64,000 bases of DNA from Octopus vulgaris (taxonomy: Eukaryota), in assembly GCA_951406725.2 (NCBI GenBank), contig OX597815.1:74276001-74340000 (forward strand). Direction: 5' to 3'. The position numbers were made by a program, and so were the translations under genes. The stretch's first letter is position 1, and each line of letters begins with the position of its first letter. Under the pieces are notes generated by a model. The model was given only the letters and a program-made list of their open reading frames with translations, was not told the DNA's origin and searched no databases. This document shows positions 25,061 through 39,021 of this stretch, one piece after another.

Positions 25061-28000
25061 TGGGTTTTAAAGGTGTGTCACAGCTGGGAGAAGAAAACAT
25101 GTGGATCATGCATGATTTATAGTTGGGAAGAGTTGGTATACAACTTGCTGGTTCTATATCCACTCATCTTAGAAAACTTTGAGTAGGCCTAGTAATATAA
25201 ATTCATATTGATTTCATTTTTGACTTGCACAAACAGAGGTAGTATGGTTCATTGTCTTGACATCAGTCTTTTATTGGTAACTATTTTATTGACTCGAGAG
25301 CTTTCAAAAGCTTTCGTTGCATTCTTACTTAGTAACATAAATATTGTTTACAAACAAATTTCTGATTGATTCGAATCATGTTTTTGAACTTTGATTTATG
25401 GTTAATATTCATATAACTTCATATGACCTCCCAAAATCAGTTGTTTAATCTTTCAGGAGTATAAATAGCAAATAAATATATTTTCATAAATCATAGGTTC
25501 ATATAAATAATTTCATACACACAAACAAAAACAAAAACAAAATTGGTGAACTAGATTAAGGGTTCTGAATTTGGGAGGCTTGACTTTAAGCTCTCATTTT
25601 TTCGTTATTTTTTTGTTCAAGCTTTCTTTGTTATAATAAAGTCTAAGGCAGGATCATTAGAGTGTCAGACAAAATGCTGAGCAACATTTCATTCAACGCT
25701 TTATGTTCTAAGCTCAAATTCTGCCAATGGCAAATGCACCCTTCATTTCTCCTGGATCAGTAATAGAAAATACAGTCAAGTAATGGGGTCAATGTAATCA
25801 ACTAGTCCTGCCTCTTCCTAAAATTGCTGGCCTTGTGCCAAAATTTGAAACATTAACTATAATATAGTTTATTCTTATAATGGAGCTTAATATATCATCA
25901 TCATATGTCCATGTTTTCATGCTTACTTTGGTTGGATGCAGTTTATTGAGGCAGATTTCCTACATCCGTTTGCCCTTCTCAATGCTAACCCTCACCTGTT
26001 TCCAAATAAGGTAATATTTCTCCCTTGGTCTGATGTGTTTTCACAGAATATTGGAAATTAATGTCACTGCTTGTATGACAGTTGCACTCATTTGCAACTA
26101 TCATGCAATGTCAAGACAAGAAGAGAGACACACATATGCATGCACACATGTGCATGTGGTAGATTTTCAGTTTCTTTCTACCAAATCCACTCCAAAAAGA
26201 TTTTGTTGGCTATAATAGAAGATCCAAGGTGTCAAGAAGAGGGACTGAACCCAAATCCCGTTGTTGAGAAGCAGATGTCTGAAATACACTGCTAAACATC
26301 TTAAAACCAATGCCAGAGCATTGCAATAATGGCAAAGGATATAAAAACAAAAATTGCACTAGGAACAAAAAAGAGGAAAATCTTTCTTTTAAAAAGATTT
26401 CCTAAATAATAAGTATTAGATTTCTATTGGTGGATTCCAAAATGCAGTCTCAGTTCCTAATTAGAATCACTTTACATCATGTATATTATTCAATGCTCTT
26501 TGAGAAACCATGAATGTCACAGTTTCCTGTTTTTCTTTTTCCCTAAAAGTTTCATGCCTGTATAAGAAACTATTACTGAAGTTCTTGGGATTTTCATTTC
26601 TTCATTGCTATCGTTGCTACTAACTTCTTATCACTCCCACGATTACAAGTATGATTTATAAACCAATTTTTCATTTTGTAAAAAAGTAATGTACACACAT
26701 TGCAAAAACGTAGGAATGTTGAGTGTGGATCTGTAGATGTTAACAAGTTCAAACCTGTGCAACTAATATGAAATATTAGCCTTGTTAGTAAAATTGGATA
26801 ATGGCTGAAAGACATTTAGCTGATGGTTTTGTGGGGAGGGGTTTTTCCAGTGCTTTTTTTTTTTTACTGAAATGGTGTGTTGTTTTTAGTGGTAGTTGTG
26901 TAATAATATTTGGCAACATGATAGGGTAATGGAGGCAGAAAACATCTAAATGGTTTAAGTAGAAGGATGAGATGATTATGTCATTTTCTAAATATGCAAA
27001 TAACTGCAGGCATGATTTTATGGTTAAGGAATTTCCAACCACATGGTTTCAGGTTCAGATCCACTGTGTGGAATCTTGGGCAAATATCCTCTACTATAGC
27101 CCTAGGCTAGCAAAAGCCTTGTAAGTGGATTTGATAGAAAGAATCTCTAAGAATCCCATTGTCCATGTGTGTGCACATGCGCATGCATGCATGGGTGTGT
27201 GTGTCTGAGTGTTTGTTTACATTGTGCGTCTCTGAAAATGCTCAGCTATGGGCTGTGACATTGCTATCATTTCCCATTGGCTTTGTGCTTTCAAAAATGT
27301 GTGGGATAAGATATCCTTTACTTGTAAAACAGGTGAGGACTAACAACAGGGAAGGTATTTGTAAAATATGCCTTTTATAATATATTTATCTAATCCATGT
27401 TATCATGGACATAAAAACAAAGAAGGAAAGGAAGCAATGTAAATTTGAATATTAAACTAAAAATCTGGTATTACTTTTGACTGGTAATGCAGTTATGTTT
27501 TAAGAATGGCTACTTATAACTTAAGGGAAGAATATTTAAATGTTAATTGTTAATTTGATAGAGACAGAAAAAAATTGTCATCAACCCTTGGGTATTATTG
27601 TCTTTTGAGTCCTAGAACTCATTAGGCCAGTTATTTGGTTTCCATGATGTATAAGTGACTGAGATAACAATATTTCCCCTGAATGGGGTACTTGTCTGTC
27701 ACAGGGTTATTCATTTACAGGTGACTGGACTGGAGCAATTTTAACACTATGCACTACTTGTCTGGGAATTGAAGCCACAATCTTGTGATCATAAGTGTAA
27801 TATCTTAGCCACTAGGCCATGCCACTTCACTCAAAAAGAACAAAGTTGTCATGATTGACTTTAAAGAAATATAATGAAAAGACCTAGAATCATTTTCATG
27901 CGTGTCCATCCCTGATGTTGTAAAGAAAATAGTGTAAAAATGTTGATGTTTATGACTGCAAACTACTACTCTCTCCTGTATAGTATTACATATTTTGATG

Positions 28001-28362
28001 CTGAACATCAGTCTTACCAGTGTGGGAGAGTCTGCAAAGGTCAGGGTCACTGTTACTCCCCCATTAACTAACAACATACTCTAGATCATGCTACATCCAG
28101 AAGAAACTTGTTTTCATTACAACTTAACAAGCTTTAATCTGTAAAAGAAAAAGAAAAAAATTTGTATTGTTGTTTTTGTAACCAATATGGCTTTAGTGTG
28201 TGTAAGAACAGTGCAGTTTCGGCTAAGCTGAAACCCTCAGAACAACACATAAATAAATAAATAAATAGAAATGCCTCTCCATTTCTATTCATTTGCCATT
28301 CTTATTTCACACAAACTATCCTATCCATACATCCTGTCCAATCCTCTGGACCACTTCTGTTA

Positions 28363-28568
28363 TGAAGGGGTGCTGAGATGTTTCTGGTTTTAAGGGTACC
28401 GCAAAAAGCCAGGCTGGAGGCCCAACCTTCCGAGTTGTTTTACAGGGCTTAGAAAAACTGAAGGACTGTTGCAATAAGTGTATGAATCTGAGAGGGGAAT
28501 GTGTTGAATAAAATCATCCTACTGTATTTTCTTGTACTCAAAGCCATGGACTTTTCAGCACCCCATCG
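28363..28568 (+). mobile_element. mariner-derived MITE, same family as 9851, retaining the transposase C-terminus
   Basis: TA-flanked TIRs; internal LQGLEKLKDCCNKCMNLRGECVE*. Confidence 0.8.
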
Positions 28569-31500
28569 TATATTCATTTCTTTGTAACTTGAGGGTACAT
28601 TGTGACACCTCTTCACAATCTTCTTTTCTCTCCTTTTCCAAATGGAGTAGCCATGTATTTCTTTTACTGCAAGACACCTGTTTCTGTCCCTTTATTATGC
28701 TTAAATCTCTCATCATCTGGCACAATACTACTCCCCACTCATTCAGGCGAAGAGGCCTGTCTTTGAGGTTACTTGCTGACATCACTAGTGCTGGTGACAT
28801 ATAAAAAGCACCCAGTATACTTTGTGAAGTGGTTGGCATTAAGTAGGGCTTCCTGTCATAAAAAAACTATGTCAAAGCAGACATTAAAGCTTGGTGCAGT
28901 CCTCTGGCTTGGCTTGTCATCTGCTTCAAACCATCCAACTCATGCCAGCATGGAAACAGACATTAAGCAATAATGTTGATGATGAGGATTCAAATATTAG
29001 GAATCAAATACCCATTTTTTATTGACAATCTTTTCATCATCATCATTTAACATCTGCTTTCCATGCTAGCATGGGTGGAATGGATTCATAAGAGCTGGCC
29101 AGGCAGAAGCCTGCACCAGACATCTGTGACTGTTTTGGTAGGATTTTTACAGCTGGATGACCTTCCTAACACCAACCACTCAGCAGAGTGAACTTAGTGC
29201 TTTTTACATAGCACAAGCACAGGCAAGGTCAATATTGGCAAGGTTTTTACAGCTAGATGCCCTTCTGAACACCAACCACTTTACAGTGTGGACTGGGTGC
29301 TTTTAAGTCAGTGAAAGTTTTAAAATCTTGTTCTGAATTTTTCACCTGTGTAATGTGCTAGTTGTGTAACTTATGTTTTTGTGTAAATAGATAATTTAAC
29401 TTCCAGGATACATAAACATCCAAGTAACATTAGTAATTACTTTTCCTTTTGTCAAAATCCTATGTACCACCACTCTACAGTATAAACGATATTTATGTTT
29501 TAGGTTTATTTGTTCTATCGATAAAGATTACCCTTCCTGTTTTTGAGTGTTGTTGTTGTTCATATACTACTAAAATTCTATCATTCTGAAGAGTAAAGGT
29601 GTAGAATAATGTTCAGATTGCTTTTTATAGGAAATTTAATTTGCTGCAAAGCAGATGGAAGTGAGTCATATGTTTTGCTAGCACTGCATTTGATTGTTAG
29701 AACAATGATTGGGAGTGAAGCTCAACAAAGTGTTACCAGAATTCCACTGTTCAATAACATGATTCACAAAATAATAATTGAAAAGTCTTCTAACATTAAG
29801 GGGCATTTGGAAGTAGAGAAATTGAATTATGTTTTTCCAAATTGATTAGAATACATTAGTTTTGTTTAAAGAAGAAACACATTTTTCATATGGAAGACTA
29901 TTTCAAGAACACTTCAGGGGTTGAAATGTTTGACTATTTAGAAAAATTTGGACTTCTCAGGAGGTAATATGTTGATATTGGCATAGATTGTTTTGTTGTT
30001 AGCGTCTCAGAATCTGGAGCTGATACATGTTGTTTTCTACGTTGTCAGATTCATTATCATCATCATCATCATTTTAGCATCCTCTTTTTGATGGTTGCAT
30101 GGGTTGGACAGAGCTTATTGAAGCAGATTTACTTTGGTTGGATGCCCTTTCATTTACCAACCCTCACCTGTTTCCAAGTAAGGCAATATTTCCCCCATGG
30201 TCAGACATGTTTTCACAGAATATTGGAAATGAATGACATTTATTTCCAACAATCACATGATCTCAAGGGAAGAGAGCCCCCCACACTATACACATTGGGC
30301 TTATTTCAGTTTCCATTGATCAAATCTGTTCACAAGGCTTTGGTTGGTCTGGGGCTATAGTAGAAGACACATGCTCCAAGTGCTGTACAGTTGTTACTGG
30401 AAAGTTATTGGTGGCACAAATGGAATCTGTATTAAATTATGTCAGGGGTAAATTTTGTGAAAACAGCTTCATAAAACAACAGAGAATTTAAACCTATCAC
30501 ATTAACAGCAACCAAGCATTGTTTTTTATTGGAAACTATCAAAGATTGAATAGAATAAGAAGTTGTCTGATGATAGTTTTATAGCAATAAAAAAAAAAAA
30601 ACAAAAAAAAAATACATTGAACAGCCATTTTAAGTAACACCAAGATGAAATGTGCTGAAACACCTGTCTTCCTTTAACACATTTTGAATTTCTTTTCAAG
30701 ATGAGTCAAAATTTTGTTTTAATTTTCATGTAATTTTCCACAACATTTGAATTTCAATTTCCAGTATTTAGCAGCATTAAATAGATTTTAAAAAAATATA
30801 TATAAAAAGGGAAATACTTCTGTCTTGAAGAGGAATTGACTTTTTGCTTGTCTCAAGTATATCGTAATATCTATTCAAGTAGTTTCATTTAAAAGAAATT
30901 TCCAAGAATGGAAAGAAAAAGAAAAAACCAAAAAAAAAAAAACCCGGAATCCTTCAATTCAATTAATAGAAAGTTTAGAAGTTCTAAAATTTTCTTAATA
31001 TAGCCATAATTATATATATATATATATATGGAAAGAAATATCTCCACATAGTGTGTGTACACACACACACACACCTGTTTGTAGGATTTTGATTGTTCCA
31101 GTTTCAGCTAATGAGCTGTGGCCATGCTGGGGCACCGCCATTTCGTATATATGTATTTTGCATTGAAAAGTAGCAAAACTGTTTTTGTTGCTAGGCACAT
31201 GTAAGTGTGTTGCAATATTATCATTATTGTGCACGTTCCAAGTTGACAGGATCTTTAGAACATTGGGGTATCTCTTACAGCTTTTATTGCCTGAGTTCAA
31301 TTCCCACTAAGGTCAACTTATCTTTCATCCTTTCAGGGTCAATTATATAAAATATCAGCCAGGTACTGGAGACAATGATATCAATGAAACACTTCCTCCC
31401 CTCAAAATTGGGAACCAATATATGTGTTCCATAAATTCGAAACATTTGGTAACCACTTGCATTAGATTATGAGTATTATTATGGGAAATATTTTGTTGAG

Positions 31501-34070
31501 TGTATGAATTACACAACAAACAAATTAGCTTCTATATAGAAAGATACTCATATTAGCTTTATAAGCATTGCTGATAAATTATAACAGTTGATTGAAATGG
31601 TAAGGTGAAATGTTATCACTTTTTAACAATAACTCTTTTGAAATGGAAAATAGGAATTTGTTGCTTGCACTCTATTTTTTTAAAAAACAAAATGACTGTA
31701 CTGTTATGGATGAATAACTTTAAATGAGTTAATAGGTTCTTAAAACACTTCACTTTCTCTTAATGTTAGCAATCATTATCATCACCAGCACCATCACTCC
31801 CTGTCTGCTTTCCACACTTCAGCTTGATACTAAGGGTTGGAGGACTGCATCTTGTAATGTCTCAGTTTAGCCTGGTTTTCATGATTGGATACCCTTCCTG
31901 GTACTTACAACTTTAACTGCACTGTACTCTGTTGGTTACGATGATGAGGGTTCCAGTTGATATGATCAACAGAACAGCCTACTTGTGAAATTAGCATGCA
32001 TGTAGCTGAGCACTCCACAGACATGTGTACCCTTAATGTAGTTCTCAGAGAGATTCAGCATAACACAAAGTGTGACAAAGCTGGCCGTTTGAAATACAGG
32101 TGCTACTCATTTTTGTCAGCTGAGTGGACTGGAGTAACATGAAATAAGGTGTCTTGCTCAAGGACACAACATGTTGCTGGGAATTGAACTCATGACCTTG
32201 TGATCGTAAGCTGAAAACCCTAACCACTAAGCCGCTCACCTTCACTACTTACCATTTTACAGAGTGTACAATGGGTGCATTTTCCTTGAAATTTGCACTG
32301 TATAGGTTGCCTTACCCTTGGTAAGGCAAAAACATCCTCTCAACCCTGCATTATTGCCGCTTGATTTGTTAACTTTACATATGTACTGGATACTTTTTGT
32401 AACATCCTTAAGAAAGGCCTGAATATCACAACTATTTCCTTTAAGAAAGAGAAAATAAATGAATTGTGATGTTTAAAACATTTGATAATGTACTTCCCTA
32501 GAGCTATCAATAGTTATAGACCTAGAAATGCAATATGGTCATAATATTATGAATGAATGTAAAAATATTGACAGTTTCTTCTTCTTTTTCATTTCTTAAT
32601 CTTCATCAATCAAACCTTTGTGACAAGAATTGATTGAATCAGCCTATTTATATTCTAATAGCTGAAATAAAGTTGATTCCATTCAGTGTTGTTCTTCAAG
32701 AACATGCAATTATGAAAAGAATATCTATCATTTTATTGTATTTCCTCCTGCCTTTGCTCTGTTTCATTGTAACCAAAGTCATTTTAAATGTAGTAGCTGA
32801 GAGCTATTGTTTGTGATTACAAAATATTAGTCTTGCTGTATTTTTGATCTGTTCTTGCATTATATTATATTCTACAGTGTCATCTATCCTTAATACTTTC
32901 ATGGTGCCAGGTAATAACAACTGAATTTAGATTTTGTCTGCTCAGTGATGAGTAAATGAAAAGTGAACAGTAAATAGGTTTATATTTTTGAAGCTTTTTC
33001 CTACAGATCCAGTGTATGAGTAGCTGTGTGGTAAGAAGTTTTGCTTCCCAACCACATGGTTTGGGGTTCAGTCTCAGTAAGTGGAACCTTGAGCAAGTGT
33101 TTTCTACTATAGTCTTGAGCTGATAAAAACTTTGTGACTGAATTTGGTAGACGCAAACTGAAAGAATCTGTGTGTGCATGTGTGTTTTACTGTTACCTTG
33201 CCATGACTTTGTGTGGTAGTTGTAAATGAGCATCCTTCATTTCCAGTCTTCGGTGAAAATGTGTCTGATCTAGGGGAAGTATTACCTTACTTGATTACAG
33301 GTGAATGTTGGAGAAAATCATGTCTCAAATTCTGTCTGACTCGTGCAAGAAATTTGTCTGACCCATGCAATTTGATGTTAAAACAACAACGATGTTGATG
33401 ATGCAAAACAAATATAAAAGTGAAAGCTCAGTAAAAATGGAACTGATGTCACCTTTGTGTAACTGCCATTATCCCAACACACTCCAGCCCCTGGCCCACA
33501 ACATACTGTCACCTTTCTGACTTTTCTAGTGCTACTACAATATCTTTTCTTCAGAGCTGGTTGTCTTGTATCTCCACCATCTAGGCACCCTCAATCCACT
33601 TATCTCTCCTCCTCTCATCACCCTTGATGCACTCCACCCCTTGAAATTGAAATCTTCAATCAAAATTTCATGTTGATTTATGTTCCAAACAAAAACAATG
33701 TTTAGTAAAACATGAACATAGAGACAGCTATTGAATATTTTCCCACTTTGTTTTATAGGAAACAACATTAAAAGTACTCAGAGTAGTCTTTAATGTTTAG
33801 TGTAGGGTTTCATGTCTATTTTTATGTGGCTTAAGTTTTTGCTAAAATGGGAACTCTTTTGTGCTAATATTTCAGCTTGTTTGAGGCTATGAATCAAAAT
33901 TGGTTATCTTTATTAAATTTGTTGTTGTCATTGACATTGTCATGATCTTTGTCATCATCAATATTACCCTTCTCATCATCTTTATCACCCTTATTTTCCT
34001 CCTTATCCGTCTCATCATTATTTTAATGTCTATTTTTACCTGTGCTTGCATGAGTCAGAATATTGTATAA

Positions 34071-34471
34071 CTAGCAGTATAGCCCAGTGTTGCTTGGGCT
34101 TGTTTTCTTTTCGACCCTTTAGAATTGGAATTTTTGAAAAGTAAAAAATTTGCATCATGTAGCTTGTTATTCTCTTTAAGTGAACATTTTTCTGGTTGAA
34201 ATACACCAAAAAATGACGACACAGCAGTCAAAAAAATCATAAAAAATAGGGATTTTCATAGAAAAAAAAGCACCTTTTCGATGTAAATGATTTTTGGTGT
34301 TAACATGGTCCAATTTGAATTTTTTTCTTCTACAGAAGGAAGAACAAACCTTCTTCTATCATACTCTCAATTTTGGTCAACTTGCGCCGCAGGGTCTCGG
34401 AGGAGATAGTGTTAGTTGAAGGCTACCAAACCTGCCATACACAGACAACTTCAGCTTTATATATAGAGAGA
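34071..34471 (-). mobile_element. Non-autonomous Helitron, 401 bp
   Basis: Minus strand A|TCtctctatatataaag ... subterminal hairpin (agccca-N8-tgggct at 34081-34100) ... CTAG|T; no TSD. Confidence 0.85.
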
Positions 34472-35828
34472 TTAGTAAAGTAACTTAGTCATTATTAAGC
34501 TAGTGTTTGAAACATTAATTTACATGAAATTTTGATTGAAGGTTTTAATTGTGATTACTTCAAAACAGGAAATTTGTATCACAGAAATAGGGGCAGTTTC
34601 AGGTGGATTGGTATCAAAATGGTTAAATTGTAGGACACAGAAATCTTCGATGTTTGAATGCGTCAGAAAATTGTCTCTATTCAATTCATTTTTAGAAGAA
34701 CAAAAATATATTTTGATTACTTAATCACTTGAAAGAATCTCTAGTCATGGTTGGTACATTTATACAGTAACATATCTTTATTGAGAAAATCGAAGGGGAA
34801 AAAGAACCAAGAAACTTATCCTTTACAAGTTAACATCTAAAATATAAACCAGAAATTTGAAAAGTAGTTCAATATCAACATATTCTCATTTTCATTGTTT
34901 TCATCACGAAATCTTTTATGTGTGTTTATAGCTTTCAAGGTAACAGCACACAAAACATACTTTTCTTCCCAATATATGCAATAAGAGAGAGTGAAGGTGG
35001 TTTTATTTCATTGTGCAGAATATGTGACGTCTGTGTTGCTAATTATAGCCAAATTTTGTTAATATTACAAATAGCAACACACAGGTGTGTGTGTGTGTGT
35101 CTTTTAGGATTGTTTTAAAATGAAAAGAATTTATGTATTTTTAAAATATGTATCTTTTTTAGGAATAAAACTAAAAGTAAAAACACAAATAGAACATGCA
35201 CATCAAAGTAGTAAGGATGCTATTTGGTTTGTTAACTGTTGTAAGAACAAGGCAAATTAACCTTCTCATTATCATATGTCTGTTGAAATATACTTCATTT
35301 ACTTTCAAAATAAAATTGAAGCAATGAAGTATTTAGTAAGATAACTTAGCTATTATTAAGCTAGTGTTTGGAACATTAATTAACATGAAATTTTGATTGA
35401 AGGTTTTAATTTAGATCATTTCAAAACAGGAATTTTGTATCACAGAAATAGGGGCAGTCTCAGGCAAGTTATATTGAAAGGGTTAAGTTATAGGACACAG
35501 AAATCATTCTGAAACCAAGCAAAATAGTTACAGAACTTTCAAGGAGTGTAGCTATGCATATATACTGTGAAGACATATTGAATGTCATAAAGCATAGAGT
35601 TAAAGAATGATGACCTCTGTAGCTTTAGTTTATCTGTAAAATACGATGTATACTTTTTACTTTTCTTTAAAATGCATTGCTATTCTTTTTTAATTTCTGG
35701 CTATTTTGCGGTATTATTTTTCACCTAACTCTTTCAAATGATCAACATTTTCCCCACTCTATTTATAGCCTGTGTGAACCACTTTGCTGATGTTTAATAA
35801 AAAATTTCTTATTTTTGTGTCCTTCAAG

Positions 35829-36094
35829 AACAAACAGCAATGTGACTGTGAGAATACATTACACGCTGATCAGAGTAACATAAAAGATTCACCCCAACCG
35901 AGTTGCAGTAACATCAGTAACAATGCTACTTCTCAGCTGACCACGTCAATGACACAGACATCTTCAGTTCTTTTACCTGGACCCACTTCCCACCACCAAT
36001 CATGTCATAGTCAAAATTTGGCCTTGTCATTCTACAATCCTCGTCTTAGTGATGAAGACCTTTCTGGACGGATGTCTCCATTTACTGTTGAGAG
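35829..36094 (+). CDS. FAM13A: FAM13-like exon 6, Ser/Thr-rich linker (NKQQCDCENT...PRLSDEDLSGRMSPFTVE)
   Basis: Acceptor ttcaag (alternative cag start at 35838), AG|gtgagt donor, phase 0-2, open frame. Confidence 0.8.
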
Positions 36095-37949
36095 GTGAGT
36101 TATAAAACAAGAAATAATCTGCTTTTTTAAAAATTTTTTATTATTTTTCTTGTGCCCCACTCCTATAGGAATGTGATTCTGCTTTTTCTCTTTTAATGCA
36201 TTTTATAACAGTTTGCTTGTATTTTTTTTATTTCAAAGATACTAAGATAAGTACAAAACTTCATTTTAGAAAATGGTTATAATTAATCCCTGCCACCCTC
36301 TCTCTTTTTACACTTACCAACCCACTCCCCTCCCTCATGCTTATTTTATCAACATTGGAAAAGTAAAAGACCAGAGCTGACTTTGGTATGATTCAAACTG
36401 AGAATAATGAATAACTTAAAAGACAGCAGAACATTTTACTTGCCATTCTTCTGATTTTGTCAGTCTTCCATTCTGAACTATTAATTATTTAATTGTTAAC
36501 AATAAAATACAATCAGTTGCTAATTCATAAAAATCATGTGTGCATGTGCCCCCACCCCTTCCCTGTCAAATTAAAAATAATACAAATATTGTTAAATAAC
36601 ATCAAATCTGCCACTGCTTCTTACATACCACTACATTTTGTTTTTAACATATAAGTCTAGTGTTAGTTTATTCATATTCTGGGATCTGTTCACTTCAATA
36701 AGAATCTATTTTGATCTTCTTTTCCTTCAGCTGCTATTAATTACCATTCTTTCAGCAATCTCTTATACATTTCTTTTCCTACCATGACATAAGCAATTGT
36801 TATTAGGAAATATTCAGAAATTTCAATAAATGAGATAAAGAATTGATTGAATTTCTAATATATTTCCAACTTTTAATGTTTGATATATTTCTATTCTGTC
36901 ATGCATAATACACAACTTCTATAATATCTATTGTTAGATGTTTGTCCTGAAGCCAGCTACAACACTACGCAATCTATTATTTTCTACCCCAATTGGCTTT
37001 CTTCCAACTAAGATATAGCTATTGACCTATATTTTTAAACTACTTCCATACCCCTATAATTTACCATTTTACCTCACTGTTTTTCTGTCAGTGACAATAT
37101 TTAGTTTGTAATCTCTTTCTAAATTTGGTGTCTACTTATTATTTCTTAAGTTTTTCTTCTTTTTTTTTCTAGATTATATATTCCATTATTGATAAAAAGA
37201 ACCCCCACATATCCCAGTTTAGCTTTTCATTGTTATTGTCTGATGTTATTGAATGGTATATAACAAAATCATAAATGAGTATTGTTTTTTTTTACTATTT
37301 TTAATTTTAAGGACAGTTTGCATTAGTTTTTATTCTTAAATATTGACTTAGTAAGCTATATTTTGAGTTGATTTAACAGAAGTTCATAATTATGTAAAAT
37401 AATGTAAAACCTCTGCCAGGCAATATTGACCATGCACCTATATGTGCATGTATGTGCAGGCCCAGGCAAGACTTTTTCAAGGAGACTGACAGTTGACTAT
37501 GCTTGTAAGTTTCTTCATGCCACTGATATTTACCCAGAGTAAAAACTGTTGACTTGGGCTGAAAGAGCTTTGCACCAGCGTCAGAACACAAAAAGCTATA
37601 ACAGCTACTGTAAGACATCTCACCCACTTCTCTAACAGTTCTACCAGTCCACAGTCCAGGATTGATTCTTTTTTATTGACCCGTTGAAAGGATGAAAGTC
37701 AAAGATGACCTCAGTAAGATTTGAACTCAGAGTGGGAACAAGTACTGTGAAATATTCTTTCCAACACTAACATCTACCAACTTTTTGTCAACCTCATCCT
37801 TTATATACATTAACTATTATCTGTCTCCTTGCTATATAACTAGGAATGTTTAAATATGAAACTTCTTTCATATTGCTGTATAAGTTAGATGGAGATCTGT
37901 TTGGGGCAAGATTTCATGGCTGGATGCTCTGCTTATTACCAAGCCTTAC

Positions 37950-39021
37950 CTGATTCCTCACTGTGTCTCTGGGAAGATCTTTGAAAATTTCCTTGGTGTT
38001 GCAGACAGAGTGGTTGGTAGCTTTCTCAACTGAAAGACTACAATCAGGGGAATTAGGAGGCCAGAAATTGGGGCTGGTGAACTTATAGAAATTTCTCAAC
38101 GATCATTTCTAACTCTTTTTGGAGGTATGGCAAGTAACCAAATCCTGCTGCTACACACATGGCTTTCCAGTAGCAAACCTCTCCAGCCATGGTTTAACTA
38201 CAGTCTCCTAAAGTTTCATGTAGCTGTCCGAATTGAACCTATGGCTCTGTTCAATGATGTGGGGTGGCATGACATCTCCCTCTCTGGAGTCACACCCAAA
38301 GACCATCACAGTTTGTGGGGAACTTGGTTTTCATGATATGTGGTATATCACATGGATTGTAGGCAAAGACACCTGTGTGCTGGATGTTGTGCAATTGGTC
38401 CAGGCAGATATTCTTTTCATCTGAGAAGAACCAGATCATCCCCAGCTCAACAGGATACCTCAGCTTGTTCAGGAGCATATTTGCCTTTTCAAGTATTTCT
38501 CCTTAGCCTTGGCTGTCAGAATTTGTTCCTTGTACCTCTTGTATGAATGGTAGTGAAGGTTCTCATTCAAGGCCAGTTTCATGGTGGTGATTCCAACACC
38601 ATCTTTCTTGCCACAGTCTGGCTTCTCTTGCATGGATCTTCTATCACCTTGTGCAGCAGTGTTGGATGAATTATGGTGTGCTGATGCAGTCAGAATGCCT
38701 GCTGTGTTCCTTCCCACTGGCCATGCTTTTGTAGTTTCCAGTGAAGCTATCCATGTCATGTCTTGCAGCCTTTACAGTGTTCACAGAGCACTGAGCAGCA
38801 GTCATGATGTTTGTAATTTTGATACCCAATGCAAACATCATGATACAGGTGACTCTCTTTCAATATTCAGATGACCTCCAATCCTCCATGTCAGCTAACT
38901 TTTTCTCAAGAACAACTTAAATCTTTATGCTCTCCAATGCTGTTGACTGTTCACCAATACATCAGGTTCCTGAAAAAAAGCGAATATAAGTAAAATCACC
39001 AAATTTAGCCTGAACACCCTG
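37950..39021 (-). pseudogene. Decayed maT-like transposon (left terminus plus most of the transposase)
   Basis: Terminus cagggtgttcaggctaaattt on minus strand; fragments WFFSDEKN, MKTKFP and SPNFWPPNSPDC in shifted frames. Confidence 0.85.

Noticed and set aside
35163-35210. Candidate extra exon (tttttag|gaataaaac...|gtaagg)
   Set aside because: The required phase 0 gives GAA TAA, an immediate stop
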